A stretch of 64,000 bases of DNA from a bacterium (GCA_030606215.1 JAUWGW010000005.1:5369-69368), one strand, 5' to 3'. Shown: positions 28,423 to 40,500, counted from the first letter of the stretch. Numbers and translations are program-made. Notes: a model not told the origin generated them from the sequence alone.

Positions 28423-31141
28423 TATTTCTCCAAGGTACAGTGCCGCTGAAGTAGAAGAGAAGCTATACAAGTTCTGGGAGGAAGAAGGATTTTTCCAAGC
28501 AAGGCCGCCTGAAAGAGGCAGGACACCTTTCTGTATTGTAATCCCTCCACCTAACATCACCGGTTCCCTTCATATGGGGCATGCCCTGAACAATACGATT
28601 CAGGATTGTTTGACACGCTGGAAGAGGATGCAGGGATTAAATGCTCTCTGGATACCCGGAGTAGACCATGCCGGGATTGCCACACAAAATGTTGTGGAAA
28701 AGGAATTGATGAAGGAGGGGAGAAGGCGCGATGAGCTTGGAAGAGAGGAGTTTGTCAGAAGAGTCTGGCAATGGAAAGAAGAATATGGTGAAGATATAGT
28801 TGAACAGTTGCGTCTTCTTGGGTCATCCTGTGATTGGGAACGATTGAGATTCACGATGGATGAGAGATATTCAGCCGCGGTGCTGGAGGAGTTTGTTCAT
28901 CTCTATGGGGAGGGGTCTATCTACCGTGGGAGTCGTATCATCAACTGGTGTCCTGGCTGCAGGACAGCTCTTTCAGATATTGAAGTTGAGCATGAAGAAG
29001 TTGACGGGAAATTTTATTACATAAAATATCCTTTGAAAGAAGGGGAGTATATACCTGTTGCAACAACAAGACCTGAAACAATGCTCGGGGACACTGCTGT
29101 AGCTGTTCATCCGGATGATACGCGATACAGAAGCCTAATCGGGAAACCTGTGCTCCTTCCTCTGTCTGGCAGGGAAATACCTGTTATATCCGACGGGAGA
29201 GTTGACCCATCCTTCGGCACTGGAGCTGTAAAAGTTACACCTGCTCATGATCCGGAAGATTTTGAGATCGGGCTTACGCACAATTTACCCGAGGTGAGAG
29301 TGATTGGTGAAGACGGGAGGATGACAGAAAATGCAGGCAAATTCTCAGGCCAGGACCGTTATAAATGTCGCGAGAATGTTCTGAGAGATTTAAAAAATGG
29401 CAGGTATCTCTTCAAAATTGAAAATCATAGACATTCAGTTGGGCACTGTTATCGTTGCGGCGCTGCAATTGAACCGCTCATTTCACTTCAGTGGTTTGTC
29501 AGGATGAAAGAGTTAAGTCAGCCTGCAATAAAGGTTGTTGAGGAAGGAAAAATCAAATTTCACCCTGAACGCTGGACAGGAGTGTATCTTGACTGGATGA
29601 GAAACATAAAGGACTGGTGTATTTCCAGGCAGATCTGGTGGGGGCACAGGATTCCTGTCTGGTACTGTGAGGATTGTAAGTTTGAAAATGTGGAGAAAGC
29701 TGCTCCTGCGAAATGCAAGAAATGTGGTTCGCATAAACTCAGGCAGGATGAAGATGTTCTGGATACATGGTTCAGTTCTGCCTTATGGCCGCTCTCAGCA
29801 CTTGGCTGGCCTGAAGATACAGAGGACCTTAAATACTTTTATCCAACCTCTGTCCTTGTTACCGGCTATGAGATTATTTGTTTCTGGGTTGCGCGGATGA
29901 TTATGATGGGATTGAAATTCAAAGGGGATGTTCCGTTCGGGGATGTCTATATCCACGGAATTGTGCGCGATGCTAAAGGAAGAAAGATGAGCAAATCTCT
30001 TGGGAATGTCATAGACCCGAGGGAAATAATCAAATCCTACGGAACTGATGCGTTAAGAATGACACTATTGACTTCGCTTGGCGGACAGGATATCTATCTG
30101 GGTGAAGAAAAGCTTGAAGGGATGAGAAATTTTGCGAATAAACTGTGGAATGCCGGAAGATTCATCCTGATGAATATTCACTCAACTGCGTCATTGCGAG
30201 GAGCGATAGCGACGTGGCAATCTGACCATTTGCAGGGAGAATTGACACTTGATGACAGGTGGATACTTGCAGAACTTCAGAAACTAATACGAGAAGTTAC
30301 CAATAGCCTGAATACATACAGGTTCAGTGAAGCAGGGCAGATACTTTATGAATTTAGCTGGCATAAGTTCTGTGATTGGTATCTTGAACTTGTTAAACCG
30401 AGACTGGCTGACCCTCAGGAGAAGGAAGTGGTTTCGCGTGTCCTTTTGTTTGTATGGGAAAGACTTCTGAGGCTCCTGCATCCATTTATGCCATTTATTA
30501 CGGAAGAGCTGTGGCAATGTCTCCCTCCTGAATCCATGATGTGGGAAACATCTCCTGATGTTGAATCCAAGCGTAGGGGCGAGCTTGCTCGCCCTAAGAA
30601 TGGAAAGAGCATAATGGTCAGTTCCTGGCCTGAAGTTTCTGATGAGTTTGTAGACCAGGAAGCTGTAGCGCTGGCGGAGCGCAAGTATGCTGTAATCCGA
30701 ACAGGGCGTCAGCTCAGGACTGAGGCGGGTGTCCCACCCGGGGATAAGAGGAATTTCATCATAGAGCCCGCAGATGAGGATGAGGAAAAGGTTTTTAAAG
30801 AACAGTTTTCCGGTATTGGCCTTTTACTCGGGGCAGGTGAGGTTTTGATTGAAAAAAACGCGCAAGTTCCTAAAACATCTCTTTCGGGGATAAGTGCTTT
30901 TGGCACACCCGTGCACATGGTTGCAAGTGAAATAGATATAGAAGCTGAGAAGAACCGGCTCGCACAGGAACTGAAAAAGATTGAAGCTGTAATACAGCGC
31001 AGTGAAAACAAGTTGTCAAACCCTGCATTTCTTGAGAAAGCTCCAGGTAATATTGTTGAGAAAGAGAAACTAAAAAAGAAAGAACTTGAAGAAAGAAAAG
31101 AAAAACTCCTCACCCATCTCACCCAACTTAAGCATAACTGA
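28415..31141 (+). CDS. valS: Valine--tRNA ligase
   Basis: [34 protein letters not shown]-terminal coiled coil. Confidence 0.98.
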   Translation: MVNISPRYSAAEVEEKLYKFWEEEGFFQARPPERGRTPFCIVIPPPNITGSLHMGHALNNTIQDCLTRWKRMQGLNALWIPGVDHAGIATQNVVEKELMKEGRRRDELGREEFVRRVWQWKEEYGEDIVEQLRLLGSSCDWERLRFTMDERYSAAVLEEFVHLYGEGSIYRGSRIINWCPGCRTALSDIEVEHEEVDGKFYYIKYPLKEGEYIPVATTRPETMLGDTAVAVHPDDTRYRSLIGKPVLLPLSGREIPVISDGRVDPSFGTGAVKVTPAHDPEDFEIGLTHNLPEVRVIGEDGRMTENAGKFSGQDRYKCRENVLRDLKNGRYLFKIENHRHSVGHCYRCGAAIEPLISLQWFVRMKELSQPAIKVVEEGKIKFHPERWTGVYLDWMRNIKDWCISRQIWWGHRIPVWYCEDCKFENVEKAAPAKCKKCGSHKLRQDEDVLDTWFSSALWPLSALGWPEDTEDLKYFYPTSVLVTGYEIICFWVARMIMMGLKFKGDVPFGDVYIHGIVRDAKGRKMSKSLGNVIDPREIIKSYGTDALRMTLLTSLGGQDIYLGEEKLEGMRNFANKLWNAGRFILMNIHSTASLRGAIATWQSDHLQGELTLDDRWILAELQKLIREVTNSLNTYRFSEAGQILYEFSWHKFCDWYLELVKPRLADPQEKEVVSRVLLFVWERLLRLLHPFMPFITEELWQCLPPESMMWETSPDVESKRRGELARPKNGKSIMVSSWPEVSDEFVDQEAVALAERKYAVIRTGRQLRTEAGVPPGDKRNFIIEPADEDEEKVFKEQFSGIGLLLGAGEVLIEKNAQVPKTSLSGISAFGTPVHMVASEIDIEAEKNRLAQELKKIEAVIQRSENKLSNPAFLEKAPGNIVEKEKLKKKELEERKEKLLTHLTQLKHN
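30190..30223 (+). repeat. Short palindromic element in frame within valS
   Basis: GTCATTGCGAGGAGCGATAGCGACGTGGCAATCT; related to the MITE-internal GTCATTCTGAGGAGCATAAGCGATGAAGAATCT. Confidence 0.8.
30529..30595 (+). repeat. Two adjacent REP-like hairpins in frame within valS
   Basis: AACATC-TCCT-GATGTT flanked by TGAATCCA direct repeats; GTAG-GGGCGAGC-TT-GCTCGCCC. Confidence 0.8.
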
Positions 31142-31144
31142 AAG

Positions 31145-33124
31145 ATGGCTCAATTCAAGCTGGTTTCTAACTTTAAACCTTGTGGTGACCAGCCTTCTGC
31201 AATTGAAAAGTTGACAGGAGGGTTGGGAAAAGGGGTGAAGCACCAGACTCTTCTCGGGGTGACCGGTTCAGGGAAGACCTTTACCATGGCTAATATAATT
31301 GCGAATTTGGGCAGCCCCACACTTGTAATATCTCACAATAAGACTCTTGCGGCTCAATTATACGCAGAGTTTAAGAGATTTTTCCCTGAGAATGCTGTTG
31401 AGTACTTTGTCAGTTATTACGATTACTACCAGCCTGAAGCTTATATCCCGCAGACTGATACCTATATTGAGAAAGATGCATCCATCAATGATGAGCTGGA
31501 CAGACTGCGTCTCTCCGCAACAAGCAGTCTCCTTGAGAGGGAAGATGTTATCATAGTGGCAAGTGTTTCTGCTATATACGGATTGGGTTCACCTGAGGAG
31601 CACAAAGAACTTTTTCTTCTCCTTGAAGAAGGAGAAGATATCCCACGGGATGATATATTGAGAAAGCTTGTCAGCATACAGTATGAGAGAAATGATTTTG
31701 GTTTTACCAGAGGTAAATTCAGAGTCAGGGGTGACTGTGTAGATATATTCCCTGCGTATTCTGAGAGGGCTTTGAGGATAGAACAGTTTGGTGATAGTAT
31801 ACGAAGGATAGTGCAGATAAACCCTCTAACGGGAGAACAAATTGGTAGAATGGATAGAACTGCCATATATCCAGCCAAGCATTTTGTTACTTCAACCGAC
31901 AGGTTGAGCAGGGCAATTAAGTCTATAAAAGAGGAGCTGGGAGAAAGGCTTGCAGAGTTGAGAGGTGAGGGCAAACTTCTGGAAGCACAGCGTCTTGAAG
32001 CAAGAACAAATTATGACATGGAGATGATGCAGGAAATTGGTTACTGTCAGGGTATAGAGAACTATTCAAGGCATATCAGCGGGCGTTTGCCGGGTGAACC
32101 TCCATATACCCTGATAGATTATTTCTCTGAAACCTTTCTCATGGTAATTGATGAATCCCACGTGACAATTCCTCAGATAAGAGGGATGTATAATGGTGAT
32201 AGATCGCGGAAAGAGACTCTTGTTGAGCACGGATTTCGGCTTCCTTCTGCCTTTGATAACCGTCCTCTCAATTTTGGGGAGTTTGAGGAAAGAGTTTCCC
32301 GGGTTATTTATGTCTCAGCTACACTTGGACCATATGAACTTGAGAAAAGTGGAGGGGTGAGCGCAGAGCAAATCATAAGACCTACTGGCTTGGTCGACCC
32401 CCGGATTGCTGTTAAGCGGGTGAAAGGACAGATTGACGATTTAATAACGCAGATAAGACTGCGTACTTTTAAGAAACAAAGAGTTCTGGTTACCACACTT
32501 ACCAAACGGATGGCAGAAGATCTTGCTGATTATTTGCAAGAGATAGGACTTCGTGTGCGCTATCTACATTCTGAGATTGATACTCTTGAGAGAATGGAAA
32601 TCATCAGGGATTTGAGACTTGCTAAATTTGATTGTCTTGTCGGAATAAATCTGCTCAGGGAAGGACTGGATTTACCGGAGGTATCCCTTGTTGCAATCCT
32701 GGATGCTGACAAGGAGGGTTTTCTCCGTTCACAGACTTCTCTTATTCAGGTAGCAGGGAGAGCGGCTCGCAATGTGGATGGGGGAGTCATTATGTACGCT
32801 GATACTGTTACTAATTCAATGAAAAGTGCTTTAGCGGAAACTGATAGGAGACGCAAGATTCAGATGGAGTATAATAAGAAACATCGTATTACCCCCCGCA
32901 GTATCCAGAAATCAGTTGACAGTCTGATTGAATTGAACAGAAGTGCCGCTGACGTTGTGGAGAACGTAGTGCGCGAACCCAAAGTCGGGTATATTTCAGA
33001 AGAGAGTCTGGAGATTTGCGACCTTGAAAAAGAAATGGTGGAGGCTGCAAAACAGCTTGAGTTTGAAAAAGCGGCTGTGTTGAGGGATGAGATTACAGAA
33101 ATTAAAAAGAAGGCGGGTAAATGA
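31145..33124 (+). CDS. uvrB: Excinuclease ABC subunit B
   Basis: [41 protein letters not shown]. Confidence 0.98.
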   Translation: MAQFKLVSNFKPCGDQPSAIEKLTGGLGKGVKHQTLLGVTGSGKTFTMANIIANLGSPTLVISHNKTLAAQLYAEFKRFFPENAVEYFVSYYDYYQPEAYIPQTDTYIEKDASINDELDRLRLSATSSLLEREDVIIVASVSAIYGLGSPEEHKELFLLLEEGEDIPRDDILRKLVSIQYERNDFGFTRGKFRVRGDCVDIFPAYSERALRIEQFGDSIRRIVQINPLTGEQIGRMDRTAIYPAKHFVTSTDRLSRAIKSIKEELGERLAELRGEGKLLEAQRLEARTNYDMEMMQEIGYCQGIENYSRHISGRLPGEPPYTLIDYFSETFLMVIDESHVTIPQIRGMYNGDRSRKETLVEHGFRLPSAFDNRPLNFGEFEERVSRVIYVSATLGPYELEKSGGVSAEQIIRPTGLVDPRIAVKRVKGQIDDLITQIRLRTFKKQRVLVTTLTKRMAEDLADYLQEIGLRVRYLHSEIDTLERMEIIRDLRLAKFDCLVGINLLREGLDLPEVSLVAILDADKEGFLRSQTSLIQVAGRAARNVDGGVIMYADTVTNSMKSALAETDRRRKIQMEYNKKHRITPRSIQKSVDSLIELNRSAADVVENVVREPKVGYISEESLEICDLEKEMVEAAKQLEFEKAAVLRDEITEIKKKAGK

Positions 33125-33969
33125 ATCTCAATGTTAAAAAAATAGAATCGCTTGTTGAATCTGCATTAAGAGAGGATATAGGGGGGGGAGATATAACCTC
33201 GGATATTCTTATTCCTCCTGAGTGTAAAGCAAAAGGGGTAATTATTGCTGAGGAAGATGGGGTGATTGCAGGGATTCCAGTTGCAGAACTGGTTTTCAAA
33301 ATTCTTGATAACAAACTGAAGTTTACAGCATATATTTCAGATGGGAAGAAGGTGAAGGAAGGTGAGAGAATAGCAGAAGTTGTTGGAGATGCAAAATCTA
33401 TCCTTGCAGGTGAGAGGACTGCATTGAATTTTCTGGGACATTTATCAGGTATTGCAACGAAAACTAACTGTTTCGTTGAAAAAGTCAACCGTTTCAATGT
33501 GGAAATTATGGATACCAGAAAAACAACGCCTAATTTGAGGGCGCTTGAAAAATATGCTGTCAGGGTTGGGGGCGGGTATAATCATCGTATGGGATTATAT
33601 GATGCAGTTTTGATAAAGGACAATCATCTGAAACTTAGAAAAAAGAAAATTGCGGATGTGGTGAAAAAAGCGCGCAGGAGTGTCCCGGCATCAATGAAGG
33701 TAGAAGTTGAGGTAAAAGATTTTTTAGAAGTTAAGGATGCTTTAAGTGGCAAACCTGATATCATAATGCTTGATAATATGAGCGTGAGTGATGTGAAGGA
33801 AACTGTAGAGTTTGTGCGTAAATCCGGGTGTAGTGTACTTCTGGAAGTCTCAGGCGGTATCACACTTGAGAATGTTCTGGAGTACGCAGAAACCGGAGTG
33901 GATATTATCTCGGCAGGAGAATTGACACATTCAGTTAAGAGTCTTGATATCAGTATGGAATTTGAATAG
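33121..33969 (+). CDS. nadC: Quinolinate phosphoribosyltransferase
   Basis: [33 protein letters not shown]. Confidence 0.97.
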   Translation: MNLNVKKIESLVESALREDIGGGDITSDILIPPECKAKGVIIAEEDGVIAGIPVAELVFKILDNKLKFTAYISDGKKVKEGERIAEVVGDAKSILAGERTALNFLGHLSGIATKTNCFVEKVNRFNVEIMDTRKTTPNLRALEKYAVRVGGGYNHRMGLYDAVLIKDNHLKLRKKKIADVVKKARRSVPASMKVEVEVKDFLEVKDALSGKPDIIMLDNMSVSDVKETVEFVRKSGCSVLLEVSGGITLENVLEYAETGVDIISAGELTHSVKSLDISMEFE

Positions 33970-34791
33970 ATGGAAGAGATTTCCTCTGCTGAGTTAAAGG
34001 CTTCTCTTGGGACGAAGTTTGTTGGAAATGAGATTTTTGTCTTTCAGAATGTATCTTCTACACAGGATGTTGCAAGAGAACTGCTGCGTCAAGGGGCTTT
34101 GGAGGGGACGGTAGTTTTAGCTGAGACTCAAAGCGGTGGGAGAGGTCGTTTCGGAAGAAATTGGTTTTCTCCTTCAGGAGTTGGTATCTGGGCTTCTGTC
34201 ATTCTACATCCCAAGTTTCAGAATTCAGCCAACTCTCTGCGCCGAGGCATTGGGTCGGATAAGCCAATCGGTGCAGGGGCTGGGTTAACTGTAGTCAGTC
34301 TCACAAGTAGTGTTGCAATTGCAAATGCTATACGGAGAGTTACAGGATTAAGAAGTTTTGTGAAGTGGCCAAATGATGTCATGTTGCACCAGAAGAAGGT
34401 TGCCGGTATCCTTGTGGAGATGGTTGGGGAATCAATTATTGTCGGAGTTGGGATAAATGTTAATCAGGAACAATTCCCTGAATTCCTCAGGGACAGTGCC
34501 ACTTCACTTATGATGGAATCGGGGAATGAAGTATCCAGGATTTCTCTTATAAGAGAAGCCCTTCATCAACTTGAGTATTATTATATCCTGTTAAAGGAGA
34601 AAGGATTCTCCCCGGTAATAGAAAAGATGCGGGATATTTCATCAGTTCTTGGCAGGCAGGTTATTGCTTCTTTCAATGGGAAAAAAATTATAGGGCAGGC
34701 GGTGGATGTGGATATAGATGGTGCCTTGCTTATACGGATTGATAGTGGTTTCCAGGTGCGAGTTCTGGCGGGGAATGTTTCAATCCTTTAG
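33970..34791 (+). CDS. birA: Biotin--protein ligase without N-terminal DNA-binding domain
   Basis: AETQSGGRGRFGRNW, KWPND, KVAGIL, GVGINVN. Confidence 0.93.
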   Translation: MEEISSAELKASLGTKFVGNEIFVFQNVSSTQDVARELLRQGALEGTVVLAETQSGGRGRFGRNWFSPSGVGIWASVILHPKFQNSANSLRRGIGSDKPIGAGAGLTVVSLTSSVAIANAIRRVTGLRSFVKWPNDVMLHQKKVAGILVEMVGESIIVGVGINVNQEQFPEFLRDSATSLMMESGNEVSRISLIREALHQLEYYYILLKEKGFSPVIEKMRDISSVLGRQVIASFNGKKIIGQAVDVDIDGALLIRIDSGFQVRVLAGNVSIL

Positions 34792-34805
34792 CCCGGTTTA
34801 TTCAT
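34789..34805 (+). mobile_element. Solo terminal repeat of the 131-bp MITE family
   Basis: TAGCCCGGTTTATTCAT versus MITE end TAGCCCGGATTATTCAT (16/17). Confidence 0.7.
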
Positions 34806-34832
34806 GCTGTCCTGGAAATCTCTGGGGGGTGT

Positions 34833-35600
34833 ATGGTGTTGCTAACGATAGATATCGGGAATACTCAGATAGCCTGTGGAATTTTTGATGAAACAAAATT
34901 GGTGGGTGAATGGCGCTATCCAACAGACGGAAGTATGCAGGTTGATACCTGCGAGGCTGAGTTAAGTCGGAAACTTCTTTCAGCCGGAGTAAAGCCGGAG
35001 CAGATTACAGGTTGTGTTATTTCATGCGTAGTGCCGTCTCTTTCTGACATTTTCAAGTATGCTTCTGTCAAGCTACTCACTGTGGAACCGCTATTTGTCA
35101 GTATAAAGATGAGAACGGGTATATCTGTGAAATATGAGAAGCCAGAAGAACTCGGCGCTGACAGGATTGCAAACGCTGCAGCTGTCCACCATCTTTATCC
35201 AGGAGACGCAATCATTGTGGATTTTGGGACAGCTACGACTTTTTGTGTATTGTCCGGCGAAGGAGATTATGTTGGTGGAGTTATTGCTCCTGGTGTTGGC
35301 ATCTCTAAGGAGGCTTTGACGAAGAGGGCGGCGCTATTGCCAGAGGTGGAATTGCGCGCGCCAGCTAAGGTAATTGGCAAAAATACTGTTGAGAGCATGC
35401 AGATAGGTCTCGTATATGGTTTCACAGAGCTGGTTGATGGAATTGTGAAAAGGTTAAAAAGGGAGTTTAATCCTGATGCAAGAGTGATAGCTGCAGGCGG
35501 GTGGGCAGGTCTCATCAGCCCGCTTTCTCAGACAATCACTATTACAGACCCTTCCCTCACCCTAAAGGGACTTCAAATTATCTACCAGATGAATTCTTAG
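34833..35600 (+). CDS. coaX: Type III pantothenate kinase
   Basis: IDIGNT, LGADRIANA, VDFGTATTF, GGVIAPG, IGKNT. Confidence 0.96.
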   Translation: MVLLTIDIGNTQIACGIFDETKLVGEWRYPTDGSMQVDTCEAELSRKLLSAGVKPEQITGCVISCVVPSLSDIFKYASVKLLTVEPLFVSIKMRTGISVKYEKPEELGADRIANAAAVHHLYPGDAIIVDFGTATTFCVLSGEGDYVGGVIAPGVGISKEALTKRAALLPEVELRAPAKVIGKNTVESMQIGLVYGFTELVDGIVKRLKREFNPDARVIAAGGWAGLISPLSQTITITDPSLTLKGLQIIYQMNS

Positions 35601-35630
35601 ATAGAACTGCCTCTTATGGTCTTGCACGTT

Positions 35631-35906
35631 TTAACGGGCAGCCAGTTCCTTCTCTACTCTTTCTGCCAAAAACTCTTTTAAGAGGGACTGGTAAGGCATA
35701 CCTCGTTTGTTGGATAAGATCTTTAACTCCTCTATCAGGAATTGAGGCATCCTGATGGAGATCGCCTTTTCGGAAGGCTTTAGTTCTGGAAACTTTACTC
35801 TCCTGGCCTTTGACCAATTGATATAATTGGTAGAGTCATGGCTGACCCAGAATTTTCTTTCCTCCTCCTCATTCTTGAAGCGGGGTATCTTTTTCTCTTT
35901 TTTCAT
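35631..35906 (-). CDS. BrnA/CopG-like antitoxin
   Basis: IPRFKNEEEERKFW..HD, ISIRMP, GMPYQSLLK. Confidence 0.85.
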   Translation of the reverse strand: MKKEKKIPRFKNEEEERKFWVSHDSTNYINWSKARRVKFPELKPSEKAISIRMPQFLIEELKILSNKRGMPYQSLLKEFLAERVEKELAAR

Positions 35907-36174
35907 ATTCTCTCTTCTCCTTTTTATTCATATTCCTTGCCGAAATAACCCTTATTTTTTCTCCTCTTAATGTGTATACAATAAAGAGTCTTCGCTTTGC
36001 AAAAGTATTTCCTAATGCATAATAGCGAGCCTCCTTTGCTGAATGGGCTTTATCATAGTAAACTAACAGCCTGGGGTCAAAAAATACTTCCTCGCATTCT
36101 TGATCGGTTACTTTATGTCTTTTCCAGTTCTTTCCTGTGTTGCCTTCATCCCAGTCGAACCCTTTCACATCCAT
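35869..36174 (-). CDS. brnT: BrnT family toxin
   Basis: FDWDEGN..KN..H, EEVFFD, IRVISAR. Confidence 0.9.
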   Translation of the reverse strand: MDVKGFDWDEGNTGKNWKRHKVTDQECEEVFFDPRLLVYYDKAHSAKEARYYALGNTFAKRRLFIVYTLRGEKIRVISARNMNKKEKREYEKREKDTPLQE

Positions 36175-36183
36175 TTGTGTATG

Positions 36184-36212
36184 ATTATAATATACACACG
36201 CCTATTTGTCAA
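36184..36212 (-). promoter_or_regulatory. Consensus sigma70 promoter of brnT
   Basis: Minus strand TTGACA-17-TATAAT, 9 nt from the ATG. Confidence 0.85.
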
Positions 36213-36373
36213 GAAAAACTTGTTTTCAAAAATTATTGCTATGTTTTGACCTACGTGGTAACATTCTAAGATACACGCAGACCAGCCAAAACGAGGCTTG
36301 TTAAAGATAAAATGGGGAGGGTTGGCGTTGTTGTAATGGGGAGCGGCTCAGGGGATAAAAGGAGGGTAGAAAA

Positions 36374-37534
36374 GTGGGAATGTGGATTGGTATAGGTAGA
36401 AAGGCGAGGAGATCCTACGGGTTTGACGAAATTGCTCTTGTCCCTGGTTCAGTGACAATAAATCCAAATGAAGTGGATACTAAATGGAAGCTTGGAAATC
36501 TTGAGTTTGAAGTACCTATTCTTGCGGCTGCAATGGATGGGGTTGTGGATGCAAAATTTGCAATAGAGATGGGTAAGCTTGGCGGGCTGGCGGTGCTCAA
36601 TCTTGAAGGTGTCCAGACCCGGTATGAAAACCCTGAAGAGGTGATTGAGAGGATAGTAACAGCTTCCCCTGAGAAAGCAACTGAACTTGTGCAGAGTGTA
36701 TATCTTGAGCCTATTAAGGAGGAGCTAATTTCAAGACGGATAGAGGAGATAAAAAAGGGTGGCTGTGTAGCTGTTGTTTCCTCAATTCCACAGCGGGCTG
36801 AAAGATTCGGGAAAATTGCTGAGGAGGCTGGCGTTGACATCTTTGTTGTTCAGGCAACTGTAACAACTAAAAAACATATATCCGTAGAATACAAAAGTCT
36901 TGATTTTGAGAAGTTCTGCAAGGAAATATCTATCCCAATTGTTGTTGGAAATTGTGTCACATATGAGACAGCGCTTGAGTTAATGGAGACAGGGATTGAC
37001 GCTCTTCTTGTAGGGATTGGTCCTGGAGCGGCGTGCACAACACGCGGGGTTCTCGGGATTGGAGTGCCTCAGGTTACTGCAACCTGTGATACAGCCGCCG
37101 CCAGGGATTTTTATTATAAACAGCATAGACGCTATGTTTCCATTATTACAGATGGCGGGATGGTTTCGGGAGGGGATATATGCAAAGCTTTTGCATGTGG
37201 GGCTGATGCTGTTATGGTTGGTTCTGCACTCGCAAGGGCAAAGGAGGCTCCGGGCAAAGGTTACCACTGGGGTATGGCAACCCCTGATGTGAACCTTCCT
37301 CGCGGAACAAGGATTCATGTCGGAGCAACCGGCTCCTTGCGTGAGATTCTCTTTGGTCCTGCAAAGGTTAATGACGGTTCTCAGAATCTGATGGGCGCTC
37401 TCAGGACTTCGATGGGAGCACTTGGCGCGAGAAATATCAGGGAGATGCAGCTGACGGAGGTTATAATTGCTCCAGCTATTCAGACGGAAGGGAAAGTTTT
37501 TCAAACTGTGCAGAAAGTTGGGATGGCAAGGTAA
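36374..37534 (+). CDS. guaB3: GuaB3-family IMP dehydrogenase-related protein
   Basis: YGFDEIALVP, AAAMDGVVD, GIGPGAACTTRGVLGIGVPQ, HWGMATP, no CBS domains. Confidence 0.9.
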   Translation: MGMWIGIGRKARRSYGFDEIALVPGSVTINPNEVDTKWKLGNLEFEVPILAAAMDGVVDAKFAIEMGKLGGLAVLNLEGVQTRYENPEEVIERIVTASPEKATELVQSVYLEPIKEELISRRIEEIKKGGCVAVVSSIPQRAERFGKIAEEAGVDIFVVQATVTTKKHISVEYKSLDFEKFCKEISIPIVVGNCVTYETALELMETGIDALLVGIGPGAACTTRGVLGIGVPQVTATCDTAAARDFYYKQHRRYVSIITDGGMVSGGDICKAFACGADAVMVGSALARAKEAPGKGYHWGMATPDVNLPRGTRIHVGATGSLREILFGPAKVNDGSQNLMGALRTSMGALGARNIREMQLTEVIIAPAIQTEGKVFQTVQKVGMAR

Positions 37535-40500
37535 TGGAACATTCCAGGTTTGCACATCTTCATGTGCATAGCCAGTATAGTCTTCTTGACGGCGCATGCC
37601 GCATATCTAACCTCATAAAGAAAGCGCATGAGTACAGGATGCCTGCTCTTGCTCTGACAGACCATGGGAATCTGTTCGGAGCGATTGAATTCTATACACA
37701 GGCGCTTGAATCGGGAATCAAACCAATAATTGGCTATGAGGCATATATTGCTCCCGGGAGTAGATTTGAGAAAAAAACACAGAGAATAAAAGATGCCTCT
37801 TTTCATCTTACACTCCTTGTGAAGGACGAAACAGGTTACAAAAATTTAATGAAATTAGCAACACTCGCTTATCTTGAAGGGTTTTATTATAAACCGCGTA
37901 TTGACAAAGAAATTCTGGCTGAATTGAGGGAAGGTTTAATAGTCCTGAGCGGTTGTCTGAAAGGTGAAATTCCCTGCCTTATTCAGAGTAATTCGTTCGA
38001 GCAGGCGCAGAAAGTGGCGGGGGAATACAGGGATATGATGGGAGACGGGAATTTCTATCTTGAGATTCAAGACCACGGCATTGATGACCAGAGGAAAGTA
38101 AATGAAGGTTTATTGAAGATAGCAAGGAATCTCAATATACCTCTGGTTGCAACAAATGACTGTCATTATATTGATAGAGGCGACTCAGTCGCGCATGATG
38201 TTCTCTTATGTATTCAGACCGGAGCAACTATAAATGAGCCGGGGAGGATGAAATTCTCAACAGATAATTTCTATTTTCGCTCACCTGAGGAGATGAAAAG
38301 CCTTTTTTCGTCAGTTCCTGAAGCTATATTGAATACAGTTGCTATTGCTGAAAAGTGTAACCTCGAATTAAGTTTCGGAAAAACTCTTCTGCCGGTATTT
38401 AATGTGCCCGATAGTAAAACACCCGATGAATATCTAAGAGAGTTGTGTCAGCAAGGATTTAAGGCTCGTTTCGGCGGGGGGAATAAAGAAGCAGTTGGGA
38501 GGTTAAAACATGAGCTCTCAGTTATTAAGGAGTTGGGTTATGCAAGTTATTTCCTCATTGTGTGGGACGTTATCAGATATACAAAGGAGAATGGTCTGAC
38601 GGTTGGTCCGGGACGTGGTTCAGCGGCAGGAAGTCTCACTGCATATGTCTTAGGAATAACCGAAGTTGACCCTCTGCGATACGGCCTCCTATTTGAACGG
38701 TTTTTAAACTCGGAGCGTGCAAAACTTCCGGATATTGATATTGACTTCTCTGATGAAGACCGTTCACAGGTAATTGAATATGTGAGAACAAAATATGGAG
38801 CAGGAAATGTAGCTCAGATTATTACTTTTGGCACAATGGCCGCAAGAGGCGTAATCCGTGATGTGGGACGGGCTCTGGATATGCCATATGGTGAGGTTGA
38901 TAGAATTGCAAAACTTGTTCCGAATGAGCTTGATATAACTCTTGATGGGGCAATAAGCAAAGAGCCGGAATTAAAGGAAGTTGCGGAAAGAGATGAGAGA
39001 GTAAACAAACTCCTCACTATAGCGAGGTCTCTTGAAGGCTTGGCCAGGCACGCATCAACTCACGCCGCTGGTATAGTTATTTCAGATAGGGGATTGACTG
39101 ACTATGTGCCTCTCCTGAAAGGCGGAGAAGGTGAAGTAATCACTCAATTTCCGATGGAATCCCTGGAAAAAGTTGGACTTCTTAAGATGGATTTCCTGGG
39201 TCTCAAAACTTTAAGTGTTATCCAGAAGACACTTGAAAATGTTGAGAAAACCCATGGCAAAAGGATAAGCATTGAAGAGGGGATGCTTGATGATTTGAAG
39301 ACTTTTGAACTTTTGAGAGAGGGGAAGACACTGGGCATTTTTCAACTTGAGAGCGCGGGGATGAGGGACCTCTTAAGGAAACTTGAACCACAGAGGTTTG
39401 AAGATATCATTGCTGTCCTTGGATTATACCGTCCGGGTCCTCTTGGCAGTGGTATGGTTAATGAGTTCATAAAAAGGAAACATAAACTTACTTCCATTGA
39501 GTTTGACCATCCTGCTCTGGAACCAATATTAACTGATACATACGGAGTTATTCTTTATCAGGAGCAGATTATGAGGATTGTCAGCAAACTTGCCGGGTTT
39601 TCGCTGGAACAAGCAGATGTTCTGCAGAAATCTATCAGTAAGAAAATCCCGGAGGTTATGGAGAGACAACGGGGATTTTTTATGAAAGGTGCGCTTAGCA
39701 ATGGTGTTGAGGAGCGGGTTGCAAACAAAGTTTTTGACCTTGTTGCCAACTTTGCAGGCTATGGGTTTAATAAAGCTCACAGCACTGCCTATGCAATGAT
39801 TGCCTATAGGACAGCATATCTCAAGGCAAACTATTTGAGAGAGTTCCTCGCCGCACTTCTTTCAAGCGAGATGGATAATACAGATAAACTTGTAACCTAT
39901 ATTAATGAATGTGAAGGTTCTGGAGTGAAAGTTTTGCCGCCCGATGTGAATGAAAGTAACGGGAGATTTGAGGTTGCGGAGGGATGTATTCGCTTTGGAT
40001 TAGTAGCGGTAAAAAATGTTGGTGTTTCTGCTATTGATTCCATTGTGGATGTCAGGAATGAAAAAGGAAAATTTACATCTCTCCATGATTTCTGTGAGCA
40101 TGTTGATTTAAGGCTTGTTAATAAGAGGGTAATTGAAAGTCTTATTAAATGTGGCGCATTTGATTGTCTTGGGGCAGCACGTTCACAACTCTTCGCTGTG
40201 GTTGACGATGCAATTGCAGTTGGGCAGCGATTGCAGAAAGACAGACTGTCAGGGCAATTCTCTCTCTTCGGGACTGGAAGCGATTTTCGGGAGTATCCAG
40301 ACATCCCTGAGTGGCATGAAGGGAAGTTACTTTCATTTGAGAAGGAGGTTCTCGGGTTTTATATAAGCGGGCATCCACTCGCAAGGTATGAAAAACTCAT
40401 TAAAGCATACAGCACTGTTAGTACCGGTGGACTTCATGAATTAGAGGATGGGGCTGATGCTGGCATAGCTGGAGTAGTCACGCGCATCAGGCGTATCGCT

